Positions 36,906-50,260 are shown, numbered from the whole stretch's first letter. The stretch: 63,697 nucleotides of DNA, filler included, from Lama guanicoe (GCA_013239625.1; 163 parts of 163 records of this genome joined end to end with filler, not necessarily neighbours in it), one strand, 5' to 3'. The notes: generated from the sequence alone by a model not told the origin. A program made the numbers and translations.

Positions 36906-37931
36906 GAAGTCTGTCCTGGAGGGGAGGTGCGTTTGGAGAAAGAGACTAGTTTTGTAATTATTGAAAGAGAGGTGAGAGGAAGAATGATGTCGCCTGGGCA
37001 GGAGCAGGGGGGAGGGACGGGCGGGATGGCCGGCACGTGCTAGGGAGGNNNNNNNNNNNNNNNNNNNNNNNNNNNNNNNNNNNNNNNNNNNNTTAATTAA
37101 TTAANNNNNNNNNNNNNNNNNNNNNNNNNNNNNNNNNNNNNNNNNNNNTTCACAGAAGAGAAAAGTAACCTCAGTGAAGCCAAGTGACTCTCTGATGATC
37201 AGAAAGAGTGACAGCCAGTGCTGCAGTGATCCAGTGGACTTGGTGGTGCTTGCAACCAGAGTTCTCCACCACCTACAGCTAAGGGGATAACAGTGATCTT
37301 TTACTTTTTTTTAATGGCATTGCTTTTATTTTTACTTATGTTTCAAAATTATTTTTTATTGAAGTGTAGTCAATTTACAATGTTAGTTTTAGATGTACAG
37401 CAGAGATTCAGTTATAAACATATGCATATGTATATAAATNNNNNNNNNNNNNNNNNNNNNNNNNNNNNNNNNNNNNNNNNNNNTTAATTAATTAANNNNN
37501 NNNNNNNNNNNNNNNNNNNNNNNNNNNNNNNNNNNNNNNGTAGAATTTTGTTTCTTCTGAACGTTGGAAGTGCTCATTTTCAAGCGTTTAAAATACTACC
37601 CACAGCATAACCGTTTTTCTCATCTCTCTACCAGGCAATACAACCTCCTCCTTGGTATTTATCACGGGTAGGTTTCCCCTCAATTATACGTTAGTCAACA
37701 CAGCCCTATATGTGTATCTATACCACACTATTAGGAATTCAGGCTTTCACGCCAGACAGACCAGATTTTAACCTTGCTTTGCCACCTTGTGATATGTGAC
37801 CACAGACTATGTAATTAGCTGCTCTAATTAANNNNNNNNNNNNNNNNNNNNNNNNNNNNNNNNNNNNNNNNNNNNTTAATTAATTAANNNNNNNNNNNNN
37901 NNNNNNNNNNNNNNNNNNNNNNNNNNNNNNN

Positions 37932-38170
37932 ATGATATGGAATGACCTAGATGATATTGTGCTTAGAGAAATAGATCAGACAGAGAAGATAAATACTGGA
38001 TGTTATCACTTATATGTGGAATCTGATATATAAAACAAATGAACATATATAGTAAAACCAAAATGGCCTCACAGATACAGTGAACCAACTAGTTACTAGT
38101 GGTGAGAGGGAAGGGGGTGGGACAAGAAGGGGTGAAGTATTAAGGGACACAAACTACTAAATATAAATTA
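37932..38170 (+). mobile_element. L1 3' UTR
   Basis: gacctagatgatattgtgc...tcagacagagaagataaatac...atcacttatatgtggaatct. Confidence 0.88.
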
Positions 38171-38715
38171 AATGAGCTCTGTGTCTATAGGAATTTCTGC
38201 TTGTATGTTTTAAACTTAAACAANNNNNNNNNNNNNNNNNNNNNNNNNNNNNNNNNNNNNNNNNNNNTTAATTAATTAANNNNNNNNNNNNNNNNNNNNN
38301 NNNNNNNNNNNNNNNNNNNNNNNTCTGTTGGTGTTGCTGGGGACATCATCAGTGCAGAGTCTTGATGACATCGTTTGAGCCTCTGTCACTGAAAAAGTCC
38401 AGGCCAATACAGGGTTTGCTTTGGATAGCTGAACCAAAGTATAAGGAACACCATGCAGAGTGTCCTGTCACCATCCATCCTGTACTAGCTAAGTTATTAA
38501 AATAAAATTTAAAGTGTTCAGATAGTGTCATGCTCCAGAGAAAGTCCAGGCAATGCACAGTGACCGTTCCAAAAGGCCAGACAAAGATGGTGGGACAGCA
38601 CTAGACACTGGCCCCNNNNNNNNNNNNNNNNNNNNNNNNNNNNNNNNNNNNNNNNNNNNTTAATTAATTAANNNNNNNNNNNNNNNNNNNNNNNNNNNNN
38701 NNNNNNNNNNNNNNN

Positions 38716-39006
38716 GATTGCATTAAATCTGTAGATTGCCTTGGGCAGTGTGACCATTTTAGCAGTATTGATTCTTCCAATCCAAGAGCATGGAATATCT
38801 TTCCTTTTTTTAAACTCTTCTTTAATTTTCTTCATCAGTGGTTTATAGTTTTCTGTGTTTAATTCTTTCATCTCCTTGGTTAAATTTATTCCTGTGTATT
38901 TTATTACTTTGGGTGCTATTTTAAAGGAGATTGTTTATTTTCCTTTTCTGTAGATTAATCATTAGTGTAAAGAAATGCAATTGATTTTTGAACATTAATC
39001 TTGTAA
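38716..39006 (-). mobile_element. L1 ORF2 fragment
   Basis: [46 protein letters not shown]. Confidence 0.95.
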
Positions 39007-40674
39007 NNNNNNNNNNNNNNNNNNNNNNNNNNNNNNNNNNNNNNNNNNNNTTAATTAATTAANNNNNNNNNNNNNNNNNNNNNNNNNNNNNNNNNNNNNN
39101 NNNNNNCTTTTCCTATGTTCAGTGAACAGCATGCTCAAAGAAAGTACCAATACAATAAAACAAATGTTTGTAGCCAAATCATTATTTACAACACGCTCCT
39201 TGCAATATCCCCTAAATGGGAATAAGTCTTGTTTATCTACATAATCAGATGAGCATGAAATATGAAAATACATATAAAAACTCAATTTAAAAAATTAACA
39301 TTATACACCATTTCATATTATCCTGCCCAACTCCCCTTAAGGCAGAAGCACTAAAAACTAACATGAAACAAAAACAGAAAAGGAAAAGAAATGAGATTNN
39401 NNNNNNNNNNNNNNNNNNNNNNNNNNNNNNNNNNNNNNNNNNTTAATTAATTAANNNNNNNNNNNNNNNNNNNNNNNNNNNNNNNNNNNNNNNNNNNNCT
39501 GGGTTTTTGAAAGAGAATAGAGAATTCTAAGGTTTTCCTGAGCTTCCGTCTATTCCAAACTCTCTGTTTTCAAATCCATTATTTATTTACTGAGTATGGA
39601 CAGATAGGTAAAATTATAAAAGGTCAATATACTTGATAACTACATAAGGGGAAAGTAAGGAACACATCAGTTGTTGCCTTGCAGGTGCGTTTGTCCACGT
39701 CATCTCATTTCAGAGTCACAGTGGTCCCACGAGGTAGACTAAGCATTCCCATTTTATGGATGAGGAAAGAAATGGAAGCTCGAAGAGTCTNNNNNNNNNN
39801 NNNNNNNNNNNNNNNNNNNNNNNNNNNNNNNNNNTTAATTAATTAANNNNNNNNNNNNNNNNNNNNNNNNNNNNNNNNNNNNNNNNNNNNTGCACCTCGG
39901 TAGAATTAAAAGCCAGAGATAATAGGGCTAAATGTCCACAGTATCACAAGGAAGTGCAGTATCTGAGAGAGTTGAATCTGGGTTTTATTGGAGAGAAAAT
40001 TATTATCAAAGAATATTCCATGAAACTTCCCTATGACCTGAAATTGATTCAAGGAAACTTAAACTGATGACAAAAACATTTCAGACCTTTCAACCTCCCT
40101 ATATTTTAAAGGAAGTCCTGAATAATTGGGGTCCAACATCTTCCTAAGACTTAGTCAGTCATGGTTCCATGAGTTCTACTACNNNNNNNNNNNNNNNNNN
40201 NNNNNNNNNNNNNNNNNNNNNNNNNNTTAATTAATTAANNNNNNNNNNNNNNNNNNNNNNNNNNNNNNNNNNNNNNNNNNNNTTCTTATTTTCTTATTTC
40301 TCACATTCTGCATTTTTCTGCCTGCTCCCTTGACATTTTAAAACCCAAGACTGGAAACTGTTCTCCTGAATGCATCTGACCAGGGCTCCCATTTAAAGCT
40401 TATAGAATATACTTATGGAGTATGTTTGTAAAAATCTGTAAATTGGAAGAACTGACTTCCATCCTAAAGTCCTTTGAATTTAAGACTCTTACAGCCTTGA
40501 TTATTTCAGTAAGAAGAGACCTGTTGAAATGGGATACACTGGGGTAGACTTTAGGGATTCAGTTACAAATTTTCNNNNNNNNNNNNNNNNNNNNNNNNNN
40601 NNNNNNNNNNNNNNNNNNTTAATTAATTAANNNNNNNNNNNNNNNNNNNNNNNNNNNNNNNNNNNNNNNNNNNN

Positions 40675-40940
40675 CTAGCATCAAACTGTATCACGGAGCT
40701 GTAGTAACCACAACAGTGAGGAAATAGCACAAGCACAGACACACGTATGAGAGTAACTGCATAAAGAGCCCAGAAATAAATCCACATGGCTGTGGTCAGT
40801 TAATTCATGAAAATGGGACCAAGGACATACAAAGAGGGAAGGACACTCCACACAATAAACATTGCCCAGAAAATGGGACACCATGCACCAAAGAACATCA
40901 CTGGTCATCACCTTGATTGCACACAAAACTAACTAAAACC
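40675..40940 (+). mobile_element. Degenerate L1M ORF2 fragment
   Basis: agctgtagtaaccacaacagtg...agagcccagaaataaatccacat...tggtcagttaatt. Confidence 0.75.
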
Positions 40941-41149
40941 CCACAGTTTTCCACATCAACCTCTTTNNNNNNNNNNNNNNNNNNNNNNNNNNNNNNNNNN
41001 NNNNNNNNNNTTAATTAATTAANNNNNNNNNNNNNNNNNNNNNNNNNNNNNNNNNNNNNNNNNNNNTCTCTGTTTTCCCTCACCTGTTTGAAAAAGGGGC
41101 ATTGTCTTGGAACCTTCCCAGTGAAACTGCAAGGAGATCTTTTATCGTT

Positions 41150-41358
41150 TTTTAAGACTCTAATTTTTTTTGAGCAGTTTTAGATTCACAATGAAATGGA
41201 GAGGAGGGTCCACGCACAGCCTCCCCCATTTCAGCAGCCTCCCCGTCAAATGATACGTTTGTTACCACTCATGAACTTACATCACCATCATTATCGCCCA
41301 AAGTACAGGGTCCACCTTAGGGTTCATTCTTGCTGTTGCTGCACGTCTAAGGATTGGG
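41150..41358 (-). mobile_element. L1MC/MD-like 3' end
   Basis: tttttgagcagttttagattcaca...catcattatcgcccaaagtacagggtccaccttagggttcattctt. Confidence 0.7.
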
Positions 41359-42242
41359 NNNNNNNNNNNNNNNNNNNNNNNNNNNNNNNNNNNNNNNNNN
41401 NNTTAATTAATTAANNNNNNNNNNNNNNNNNNNNNNNNNNNNNNNNNNNNNNNNNNNNTTATGACAATTTTATAGACCCTTGAAATCTAATGATGAAATA
41501 ACCCAGAGTAAATGAGAATCCACAGCACATTATCCTTGTGCACATTATATCTCCCCCTCCCCCTTTTCTACACCCATCCTGTGATAGGAAGCCCATGTGT
41601 GTGCAGCTGCATTTTCTGTAGCTGATAAAATTTCTCATGGGTTATGGAAATAAATGGCCTACTTATCTAATTTTTAAAAAAATATTTGCTTTGTGTTCTT
41701 ACATTTTTTGTGCCTGCACAAATATTTTAAGGGGAAGTTGGTTGGGGATTNNNNNNNNNNNNNNNNNNNNNNNNNNNNNNNNNNNNNNNNNNNNTTAATT
41801 AATTAANNNNNNNNNNNNNNNNNNNNNNNNNNNNNNNNNNNNNNNNNNNNAAAAGGATCAATTAAGTGGATAACATGATAAATTTAAGACCTGCATCCTA
41901 TGAAATTCAGATATTCTAGATTGATTCCACACAAGATGTATTTTATCATTGATCAATGCATCGCCTCCATCATAATTCTTTAAGCATGTTAAAGAGCAGG
42001 TATTTTTAAACTTGAGATGTCAGTAATGTCTGAATAATTCACCTAGAAATTCTGATCTAGGTGATGAAAGAGGCACAGGTGGGAGAAGATGGGGGAAGAT
42101 GTGCCAAAATGTAGAGGATTGGAGAAGATGTTTGCTAAAGGANNNNNNNNNNNNNNNNNNNNNNNNNNNNNNNNNNNNNNNNNNNNTTAATTAATTAANN
42201 NNNNNNNNNNNNNNNNNNNNNNNNNNNNNNNNNNNNNNNNNN

Positions 42243-42534
42243 AAAACAAAACAAAACAGTCAATGATGAAATCAAACAAGAAATTGAAAAGTACTTTGAG
42301 ATAAACAACAATGAAAACACAACTACACAAAATCTATGGGTTGCAGCAAATGCAGTCGTAAGAGAGAAGTTCACAGCAACACAGGCCTGCCTCAAAAGAG
42401 GACAATCTAAAGCAAACAACCTTACCTATCACCTAAAAGAATCAGAAAAATAAGAGCAAACAAAACCAAAAGTTAGCAGAAGGAAGGAAACAATAAATAT
42501 CAGGGAGGAAATACATAAAACAGAGATTAAAAAA
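42243..42534 (+). mobile_element. L1 ORF2 fragment
   Basis: VNDEIKQEIEKYFEINNNENTTTQNLWVAANAVVREKFTA...KPKVSRRKETINIR. Confidence 0.92.
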
Positions 42535-43418
42535 NNNNNNNNNNNNNNNNNNNNNNNNNNNNNNNNNNNNNNNNNNNNTTAATTAATTAANNNNNNNNNN
42601 NNNNNNNNNNNNNNNNNNNNNNNNNNNNNNNNNNTAGTGTTATATAAACCTACACTTGATGACATGTGGCCGGGTTAAATGTTATATACTGCATTGTATC
42701 CGTTTGTTAATTCTTTCCCCTCGATTCATTAAATCCATCTGTATATCTCAGAAACCTGTGTTTTGTATTTGTATGGTTTCCATTTTGGTTCTTAAACTGT
42801 GTGTTCTCAAATTTCAGAAGTATTGTTTGTCATCCTGTTTCCATAGTTGTGTTTTTGGTATAAATGGATGTGTTAAATTTTACAATGATTCAGAGTAAAA
42901 CATTTGATTAAAATGAATAGTGTTTTNNNNNNNNNNNNNNNNNNNNNNNNNNNNNNNNNNNNNNNNNNNNTTAATTAATTAANNNNNNNNNNNNNNNNNN
43001 NNNNNNNNNNNNNNNNNNNNNNNNNNCTGCAGCATTTCTGACCTGTGGGATGATCGCCATCCTCAGTGCCTAGTACAAAGCAGGCCCTATAGGTCCTGTT
43101 TGGCCCTTCTGGGCAGGTCTTGATCTTGGTGTCCCTCTAACACACTATGATTGTTTTAGGGTCAAAGCTTAAAAGAAACTCATACTTCCTCGTGGGAGGA
43201 GACCCGCCCCGTTCTGTCCCTAACCACTCCAAAGGCAACAGTACCCCACCCAAGCTACACAGAGACTTCAAAAGAGAATGTCCATATGGATCAAAGGAGA
43301 TGAAATTCATAAATGAAANNNNNNNNNNNNNNNNNNNNNNNNNNNNNNNNNNNNNNNNNNNNTTAATTAATTAANNNNNNNNNNNNNNNNNNNNNNNNNN
43401 NNNNNNNNNNNNNNNNNN

Positions 43419-43710
43419 AACTAAAAGAGATAGTGTTTAGAGATATAAAATATGTCAAACATGAAATAGAACCTATAAACTAGAGCCAGGTAGAATGGGT
43501 AAACCCATTGGCTGAGATGAGAACTGATCCAAAGGCATGCAAAGCTGACTAGATAATGCAGAGGAACGAATTAGGGACCTAGAAAACAGGACAAAAGAAA
43601 GCACCCAATCAGAACAGCTATGAGATAAACATATAAAAACAAATGAAAATAGCATAAGGGGCCTATGGGATAATATAAAGCATGCCAATCTTCGCATAAT
43701 AGGGGTCCCA
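43419..43710 (+). mobile_element. L1 ORF1 fragment (coiled coil to the start of the RRM)
   Basis: LDNAEERIRDLENRTKESTQSEQL*DKHIKTNENSIRGLWDNIKHANLRIIGVP. Confidence 0.92.
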
Positions 43711-44202
43711 NNNNNNNNNNNNNNNNNNNNNNNNNNNNNNNNNNNNNNNNNNNNTTAATTAATTAANNNNNNNNNNNNNNNNNNNNNNNNNNNNNNNNNN
43801 NNNNNNNNNNTCATTATTCTGGGGGATTGGGATTTAGTTGAGGCTCCTAAGGACAAACAGCCTCCAAGTCACAAAAGAAAGAAGCATTGTTCTGACTTCC
43901 CAAATTGCTCTTCCTGGAAAGCCACTCATCTTGCTTACAGTCTATATATTTTGAGAACTCTGGTTATTGGTATATAATCACTCAACTTGGCTGGGTTGGA
44001 GGCTGGTGTATGCCCCCAAGCAAGTCCTGTGTCACCTGTTTTCTGTAATCAAATGGGACAAGCCAACCTCAGGTTGTTCTCTTCGGTTGACCCTCCCATC
44101 TCNNNNNNNNNNNNNNNNNNNNNNNNNNNNNNNNNNNNNNNNNNNNTTAATTAATTAANNNNNNNNNNNNNNNNNNNNNNNNNNNNNNNNNNNNNNNNNN
44201 NN

Positions 44203-44494
44203 TTAGAATGAGATCATGCAGGATTGTGGTGGGCTCTGATCCAATGACTGGTGTCTTTAGAAGGAGAGGGAAATTTGTGCACAGGCACACAGGGAGAACA
44301 CCACGTGAAGACAAAGGCAGAGACTGCGAGGATGCTGCCACAAACCAAGGAATGTCTGTGGTTATTACAGCCACCAGAAACCAGAAGAGGCTGAGAAGGA
44401 TTCTTTCCTAGAGCCTTTGGAGGGAGCATGGCCCTGCCAACACCTTGGTTTTGGACTTCTAGCCTCTAGAAGTATGAGACAGTAAGTTTATGTT
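44203..44494 (+). mobile_element. MLT1B/C MaLR LTR
   Basis: tccaatgactggtgtcttta...cacgtgaagacaaaggcagagactg...ggagggagcatggccctgccaacaccttggttttggacttctagcctc. Confidence 0.92.
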
Positions 44495-45770
44495 NNNNNN
44501 NNNNNNNNNNNNNNNNNNNNNNNNNNNNNNNNNNNNNNTTAATTAATTAANNNNNNNNNNNNNNNNNNNNNNNNNNNNNNNNNNNNNNNNNNNNAGATTT
44601 CTCTGGCAGACACGCCTATGTGGTGTCCATGGAAAGGATGGCGCTCAGTAGCTAAGGGAGCTGAAGATGAACTTTTTCAGGCTATAGATACTCACACTCT
44701 TATTTTTCTTTTATGTATTTGGTTCTTAGAAAACAAAGTCATTTTAAATTCTGAATATGCTGCTTTATTTTCTGCAGCATCTGTTACCTAATTTTCAGTG
44801 TACATACAATTTTAAAAATATGATAGTGGAATGTCTGTCTTGCATTTTCGTTGGGTACACTCTGTGCAGTGAACTGAATAATTTTTNNNNNNNNNNNNNN
44901 NNNNNNNNNNNNNNNNNNNNNNNNNNNNNNTTAATTAATTAANNNNNNNNNNNNNNNNNNNNNNNNNNNNNNNNNNNNNNNNNNNNAAGAGACTGAAACT
45001 ATAAAACAACCAAACATTTTTGGAGGACCAGGAGAACTTAATAAATGATATAAAGAATGCAACAGAAATCTTTGGAAGAAGCTGTCTTGTGGAAGAGGGA
45101 TTAGCAAACTCACCAATACAAAGCAAGAAATGATAGGAGAGGGCAGAGATGCAAGATATTAAAAAGTGAGGAAATTCTAAAATAGCCATCAGACTTCTTT
45201 AGGAAGTGCACATTAGAATGAAATCCTGGAGGGAGAAAAAATTAGAAGGCAGCTGATGGTTTATATAAAGCTGTAATANNNNNNNNNNNNNNNNNNNNNN
45301 NNNNNNNNNNNNNNNNNNNNNNTTAATTAATTAANNNNNNNNNNNNNNNNNNNNNNNNNNNNNNNNNNNNNNNNNNNNTAGTGGGAGTTGCCGGGGCTGC
45401 ATGTCCCCCACTGAAGGGTGAGGGGGGCCTCTGCCAGTACCTTTTCTGCACCACGTGGGCCTCGGGCTGGGGGTCACGGGCTCCCTGCTCCACGTTCTCC
45501 TTGGCCAGCAAGTGTAAGCCCGACAGGGCTGCCCACCCAGGCCCCCAAGGCTCCTGTATACAAGACCCAGGCTGGCCCCCAGGGACCTCTGGAACCGGCC
45601 CTTGCCTGCAGCTCCCTTTCCTCCGGCAGGTCTTGAGCTGCAGCCAGCGCAGTTCTCCAGCATTCTCTTGNNNNNNNNNNNNNNNNNNNNNNNNNNNNNN
45701 NNNNNNNNNNNNNNTTAATTAATTAANNNNNNNNNNNNNNNNNNNNNNNNNNNNNNNNNNNNNNNNNNNN

Positions 45771-46060
45771 GCTTAACTCTCAGAACTGAGCATGTGGAGA
45801 GACGTTCTTTCATCTGGCATAAAGGGAACGGGTTGCAAAAGAAACACTTACTGTGGTTTCTAAGTGTGTTTCCTGGTTCCATTTTGAAGTTCCTGCAATT
45901 TTCACTGTAAACAGATTTGGAGCTTGTTCCTTCCCTTATATATGAATGGTGTGGAGTTTGCAACAGAAGAGAAACTTTGTGTTCCCAAAATTCTAGGTGA
46001 AGAACGGCTTTCACACTCGCTAAATTCTCAGAAGTGGGCATGTGGAGAGACGTTTGTTCA
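45771..46060 (+). repeat. ~250-bp satellite family, copy C
   Basis: GCATGTGGAGAGACGTT at 45790 and 46038 (period 248). Shares gaagttcctgca, aaacacttact and gtggagtttgcaac with copy A. Confidence 0.88.
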
Positions 46061-46162
46061 NNNNNNNNNNNNNNNNNNNNNNNNNNNNNNNNNNNNNNNN
46101 NNNNTTAATTAATTAANNNNNNNNNNNNNNNNNNNNNNNNNNNNNNNNNNNNNNNNNNNNCA

Positions 46163-46450
46163 ACCCCCGCCACCTCCGCCTCGATCACAACCCTCTGGCC
46201 CACTCCCTCCACGACCGACACCACCGCGACGCCCACCTCACCCCTGCGAACCACACCCAGCCCGACAACACCGCACACTACTCCAGGCAGCCCGTCCTCA
46301 ACCTTCTACCCCACTGGAAGCACAGTCACGTCGGCAGTGGCCTCCTCCCCCTCTACCTCTGCCGGCCCGCACACCTCCACCACCACAGCTCCATCTTCTG
46401 CCAGTACGGGCATCTCCACCGCCACGCCAACCACCACCAACTCCACATCC
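46163..46450 (+). CDS. Mucin PTS (Pro/Thr/Ser-rich) domain segment, possibly MUC3A-like
   Basis: Stop-free frame across the contig: TPATSASITTLWPTPSTTDTTATPTSPLRTTPSPTTPHTTPGSPSSTFYPTGSTVTSAVASSPSTSAGPHTSTTTAPSSASTGISTATPTTTNSTS, with strong ACN/TCN/CCN codon periodicity. There is no ATG, so it is absent from the ORF track. Confidence 0.75.
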
Positions 46451-46552
46451 ACNNNNNNNNNNNNNNNNNNNNNNNNNNNNNNNNNNNNNNNNNNNNTTAA
46501 TTAATTAANNNNNNNNNNNNNNNNNNNNNNNNNNNNNNNNNNNNNNNNNNNN

Positions 46553-46843
46553 AACATGGATGGACCTGGAGAATGTCATTCTAAGTGAAGTAAGTCAGAG
46601 AAAGAACAAAAAATACCATATGATATCACTTATCTGTGGAATCTAAAAAAAAGACAAACGAACTTGTTTACAACACAGAAATGGACTCACAGACGTAGAA
46701 AACAAACTTACGGTTACAAGGGGGTACAGGGTTGGGAGGAGATAAATTGGGAGTTTGAGATTTGCAGATAAGAGCTACCAAATATAAAATAAACAAACAG
46801 CAAGTTTATACTGTACAGCACAGGGAACTATATTCAGTATCTT
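46553..46843 (+). mobile_element. L1 3' UTR (relatively young)
   Basis: aacatggatggacctggagaatgtcattctaagtgaagtaagtcag...gataaattgggagtttgagatttgcagata...acagcacagggaactatattcagtatctt. Confidence 0.92.
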
Positions 46844-47335
46844 NNNNNNNNNNNNNNNNNNNNNNNNNNNNNNNNNNNNNNNNNNNNTTAATTAATTAAN
46901 NNNNNNNNNNNNNNNNNNNNNNNNNNNNNNNNNNNNNNNNNNNATGTGGCTTGAAGGCTGCACACTGCAGGAGTTTTCACCCCCCAGGGCACCTCACAAG
47001 AAAGGCCAGCTCCCCACAGAGAAAGGGTCTTGCTGGTCAACTTCAACAGACCAAATAACTCAGAGAAGGCTGGACGATTTCAGGAGGAGAAAGGGGAACT
47101 GAATTCACAGGGTCACTTTTTTCAATCTCATGTAAATTCCTTTCAAACGCTTAAACCTTAATTGCTTTTCTCATTCAAATGTCTTTCTCAAAATAGCTAA
47201 CCTGTAACTTTGAAGACAAAAAAAAAAAAAAAAAANNNNNNNNNNNNNNNNNNNNNNNNNNNNNNNNNNNNNNNNNNNNTTAATTAATTAANNNNNNNNN
47301 NNNNNNNNNNNNNNNNNNNNNNNNNNNNNNNNNNN

Positions 47336-47627
47336 GCAAGGCTGGCTCAACATTTAAAAATTAATTAATAAAACTCACCATATCAACAGGATAAAAAAGA
47401 GAAATCATATATCATATCAATTGATGCAAAAAAATTATTTGACAGCATATAACACCCATTCCTGATTTAAAGAAAAATTTCTCAGCAAACTATGAATAGA
47501 AGGAAACTTCCTCAATTTGATAAAGAATATCTACCAAAAACACCCTGTAGCTTAACCACAGACATGATGAAGAGAAACAGATGCCTTCCCCCTGAGATAG
47601 GAGCATGACAAGGAAGCCCCTCTCACC
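47336..47627 (+). mobile_element. L1 ORF2 reverse-transcriptase fragment, decayed
   Basis: QGWLNI*K..HHINRIKKRNH / SIDAKKLFD..HPFLI / GNFLNLIKNIY. Confidence 0.88.
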
Positions 47628-48119
47628 NNNNNNNNNNNNNNNNNNNNNNNNNNNNNNNNNNNNNNNNNNNNTTAATTAATTAANNNNNNNNNNNNNNNNN
47701 NNNNNNNNNNNNNNNNNNNNNNNNNNNACTAAGCACTACCACGTAAAAATGAAGCAAAAAGTCGGACACTGTATATGTTCAAGCTCCGTTTGGGCTGGGT
47801 TCCAGGTTAAGGAAGAAACACGAGCTCAGCTGCCGCTGAGGGCTGCGGCCATGTTCAAGGTCATGCAGGCCATCTGCAAAGCCACCGCCAGCCCTTCATT
47901 TACCAGTGAGCCCAAACTTCTTATCGAGCTCCGTTTTACCCATTGTGGGAGGATTCTGGCTTCAGAGTCAGAGCCAGAATTATAGACATGCAGCCCACAG
48001 ACAGGGGTCATCGGGCTTTNNNNNNNNNNNNNNNNNNNNNNNNNNNNNNNNNNNNNNNNNNNNTTAATTAATTAANNNNNNNNNNNNNNNNNNNNNNNNN
48101 NNNNNNNNNNNNNNNNNNN

Positions 48120-48411
48120 CATAACTATTTCTCCTCTTACCAAATCCTAGTCCTCCTACCTGTGTTCCATATTCCTTCCTACCTGTCTCTGCAGAACCTT
48201 CATACGTTGCTTATAGTCTTTCCCAAAATCATGTAAATACATCCCAATCTTTAAACCCCCCCAACTGCCACTTCAACGTCCTTGTCTATAACACCATGTC
48301 TCTTTCTTCCCCTTCACAGGTCAGTCTCTAGAATGAGATCTCTATATTCAAATTTTTTCTCTCTCGTCTCACCTTTACTGCAGTTGAGCTTCTGCTGAAA
48401 CACTCAGATCA
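48120..48411 (+). mobile_element. L2 LINE RT-region fragment
   Basis: catgtctctttcttccccttcacaggtcagtctctagaatgagatctctata resembles the L2 ISLLPFTAKLLERVVY segment. Confidence 0.5.
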
Positions 48412-50079
48412 NNNNNNNNNNNNNNNNNNNNNNNNNNNNNNNNNNNNNNNNNNNNTTAATTAATTAANNNNNNNNNNNNNNNNNNNNNNNNNNNNNNNNN
48501 NNNNNNNNNNNTTTTTTTTTTTATCTCAATGAACTGGAGGCGGAAATGCCAATGTCAAACCTCTTTTCCTGACAGATGAGCAAACGAGAAAAGAAAACAA
48601 GCTTACAGAGACCCTGTGACCAGATGGCCAAGTCATGCGGCCACCTCGGAGTGGAGGGGGTGCCGGGGGGCTGGCCTGGCCAGTCAGGGCCAGGGGTGTG
48701 GGTGAGGCCTGGGTGCCGCACCCTCCGCCAGTCCCCTCCCCTCCGCACACAGCTCTCGGCGGTGCAGGCTAGGCATAAGATCGGTTTGTTCAGACTCCAC
48801 ACCNNNNNNNNNNNNNNNNNNNNNNNNNNNNNNNNNNNNNNNNNNNNTTAATTAATTAANNNNNNNNNNNNNNNNNNNNNNNNNNNNNNNNNNNNNNNNN
48901 NNNGAGGCATCCAGAAATCAGCCACAGTAGGACGCACTGCCATACCCGAGGCTGGGAGGACAAGAGGTGGAAGGTGGGATTCCAGGGGCTAGGGCTGTCC
49001 AACAGGGAGCGGCAGAGAGAGCTGGAGCCTCGGGAGGGACGTGGTCACCAGCAGAGGCGCTGCGAAGAGCAGAATTTGAGGTGGGAATGCCCATCCCTCA
49101 CCCCTCTCCCCTCTGGTCTCCTGTCCTTCTCAGGAGCCTCGCAACGGCCAGACCTACCTGGAAGCCAGAGGGAGTGGGGCTTGAGAGAGCAGAGCNNNNN
49201 NNNNNNNNNNNNNNNNNNNNNNNNNNNNNNNNNNNNNNNTTAATTAATTAANNNNNNNNNNNNNNNNNNNNNNNNNNNNNNNNNNNNNNNNNNNNCCTTT
49301 ATTAGCAAGGCTTTCATTTACTGTCAGGCATAGAATGCCCTCCTCCTCCCTATTCACTATTATCCTGTTTAATTATTCTTCATAGGTTTTATAATCTCCT
49401 GATGTGTATTTATCCCCGCCCCCCAAATGCCTTTGATAGCTTCAGTGATTTATTGTTAGGGTTACGTGTGTGTTTGTTTTTAAGGGGATGATATGATAAA
49501 ATATGTAGTTTTACTTTGAAGATGTTTCTGAAAAGTTGAGATAGTCAGTTTTAATTTACTCTTAATTTAAATGGGATTTTGGTAGAANNNNNNNNNNNNN
49601 NNNNNNNNNNNNNNNNNNNNNNNNNNNNNNNTTAATTAATTAANNNNNNNNNNNNNNNNNNNNNNNNNNNNNNNNNNNNNNNNNNNNATCTGCAGCATCT
49701 TGCTTGATTCTGGCTTTTACACAAACGTGCTCGGCATGCAGTTTCTGGCTGTCGCTGTGTGATGTGCATGACAGCGCTTCCTGGCCGGCAGTCACTGTTA
49801 AGGAAGTGGCCGGCTCAGGGGTGAGCAGCTGCAGGGGATGCTGTTGAAGGAAGCAGTCACCATTTTTTTGTTTCTGTTTTTGTTTTTTTTTTTACATTCA
49901 CCTTCTCCATGCCATTTAATTTACTTTACCTTCATAGAGGGGCAGGAGCGGGTCTAAAATCCATGCCACTCTTTTGTTCNNNNNNNNNNNNNNNNNNNNN
50001 NNNNNNNNNNNNNNNNNNNNNNNTTAATTAATTAANNNNNNNNNNNNNNNNNNNNNNNNNNNNNNNNNNNNNNNNNNNN

Positions 50080-50260
50080 CCCCTTCCCCTCTGCTAACCA
50101 TTACTCTGTTCTCTGTATCTATGTATTTATTTTCTTTCTTTGTTTATTTTATTCCTCACATTAGTGAAATCATATAATATTTGTCTTTGTCTGACTTATA
50201 TCACTTAGCATAATATCTTCAAGGTCCACCTATGATGTTGCAAATGGCAAAATATCATTT
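50080..50260 (-). mobile_element. L1 3' UTR fragment
   Basis: taaccattactctgttctctgtatct...agtgaaatcatataatatttgtctttgtctgacttatatcacttagcataat. Confidence 0.85.

Noticed and set aside
43260..43300. RDFKRECPYG resembling half of a retroviral Gag zinc knuckle
   Set aside because: The first two Cys and the correctly spaced His of CX2CX4HX4C are missing, and the match is too short.
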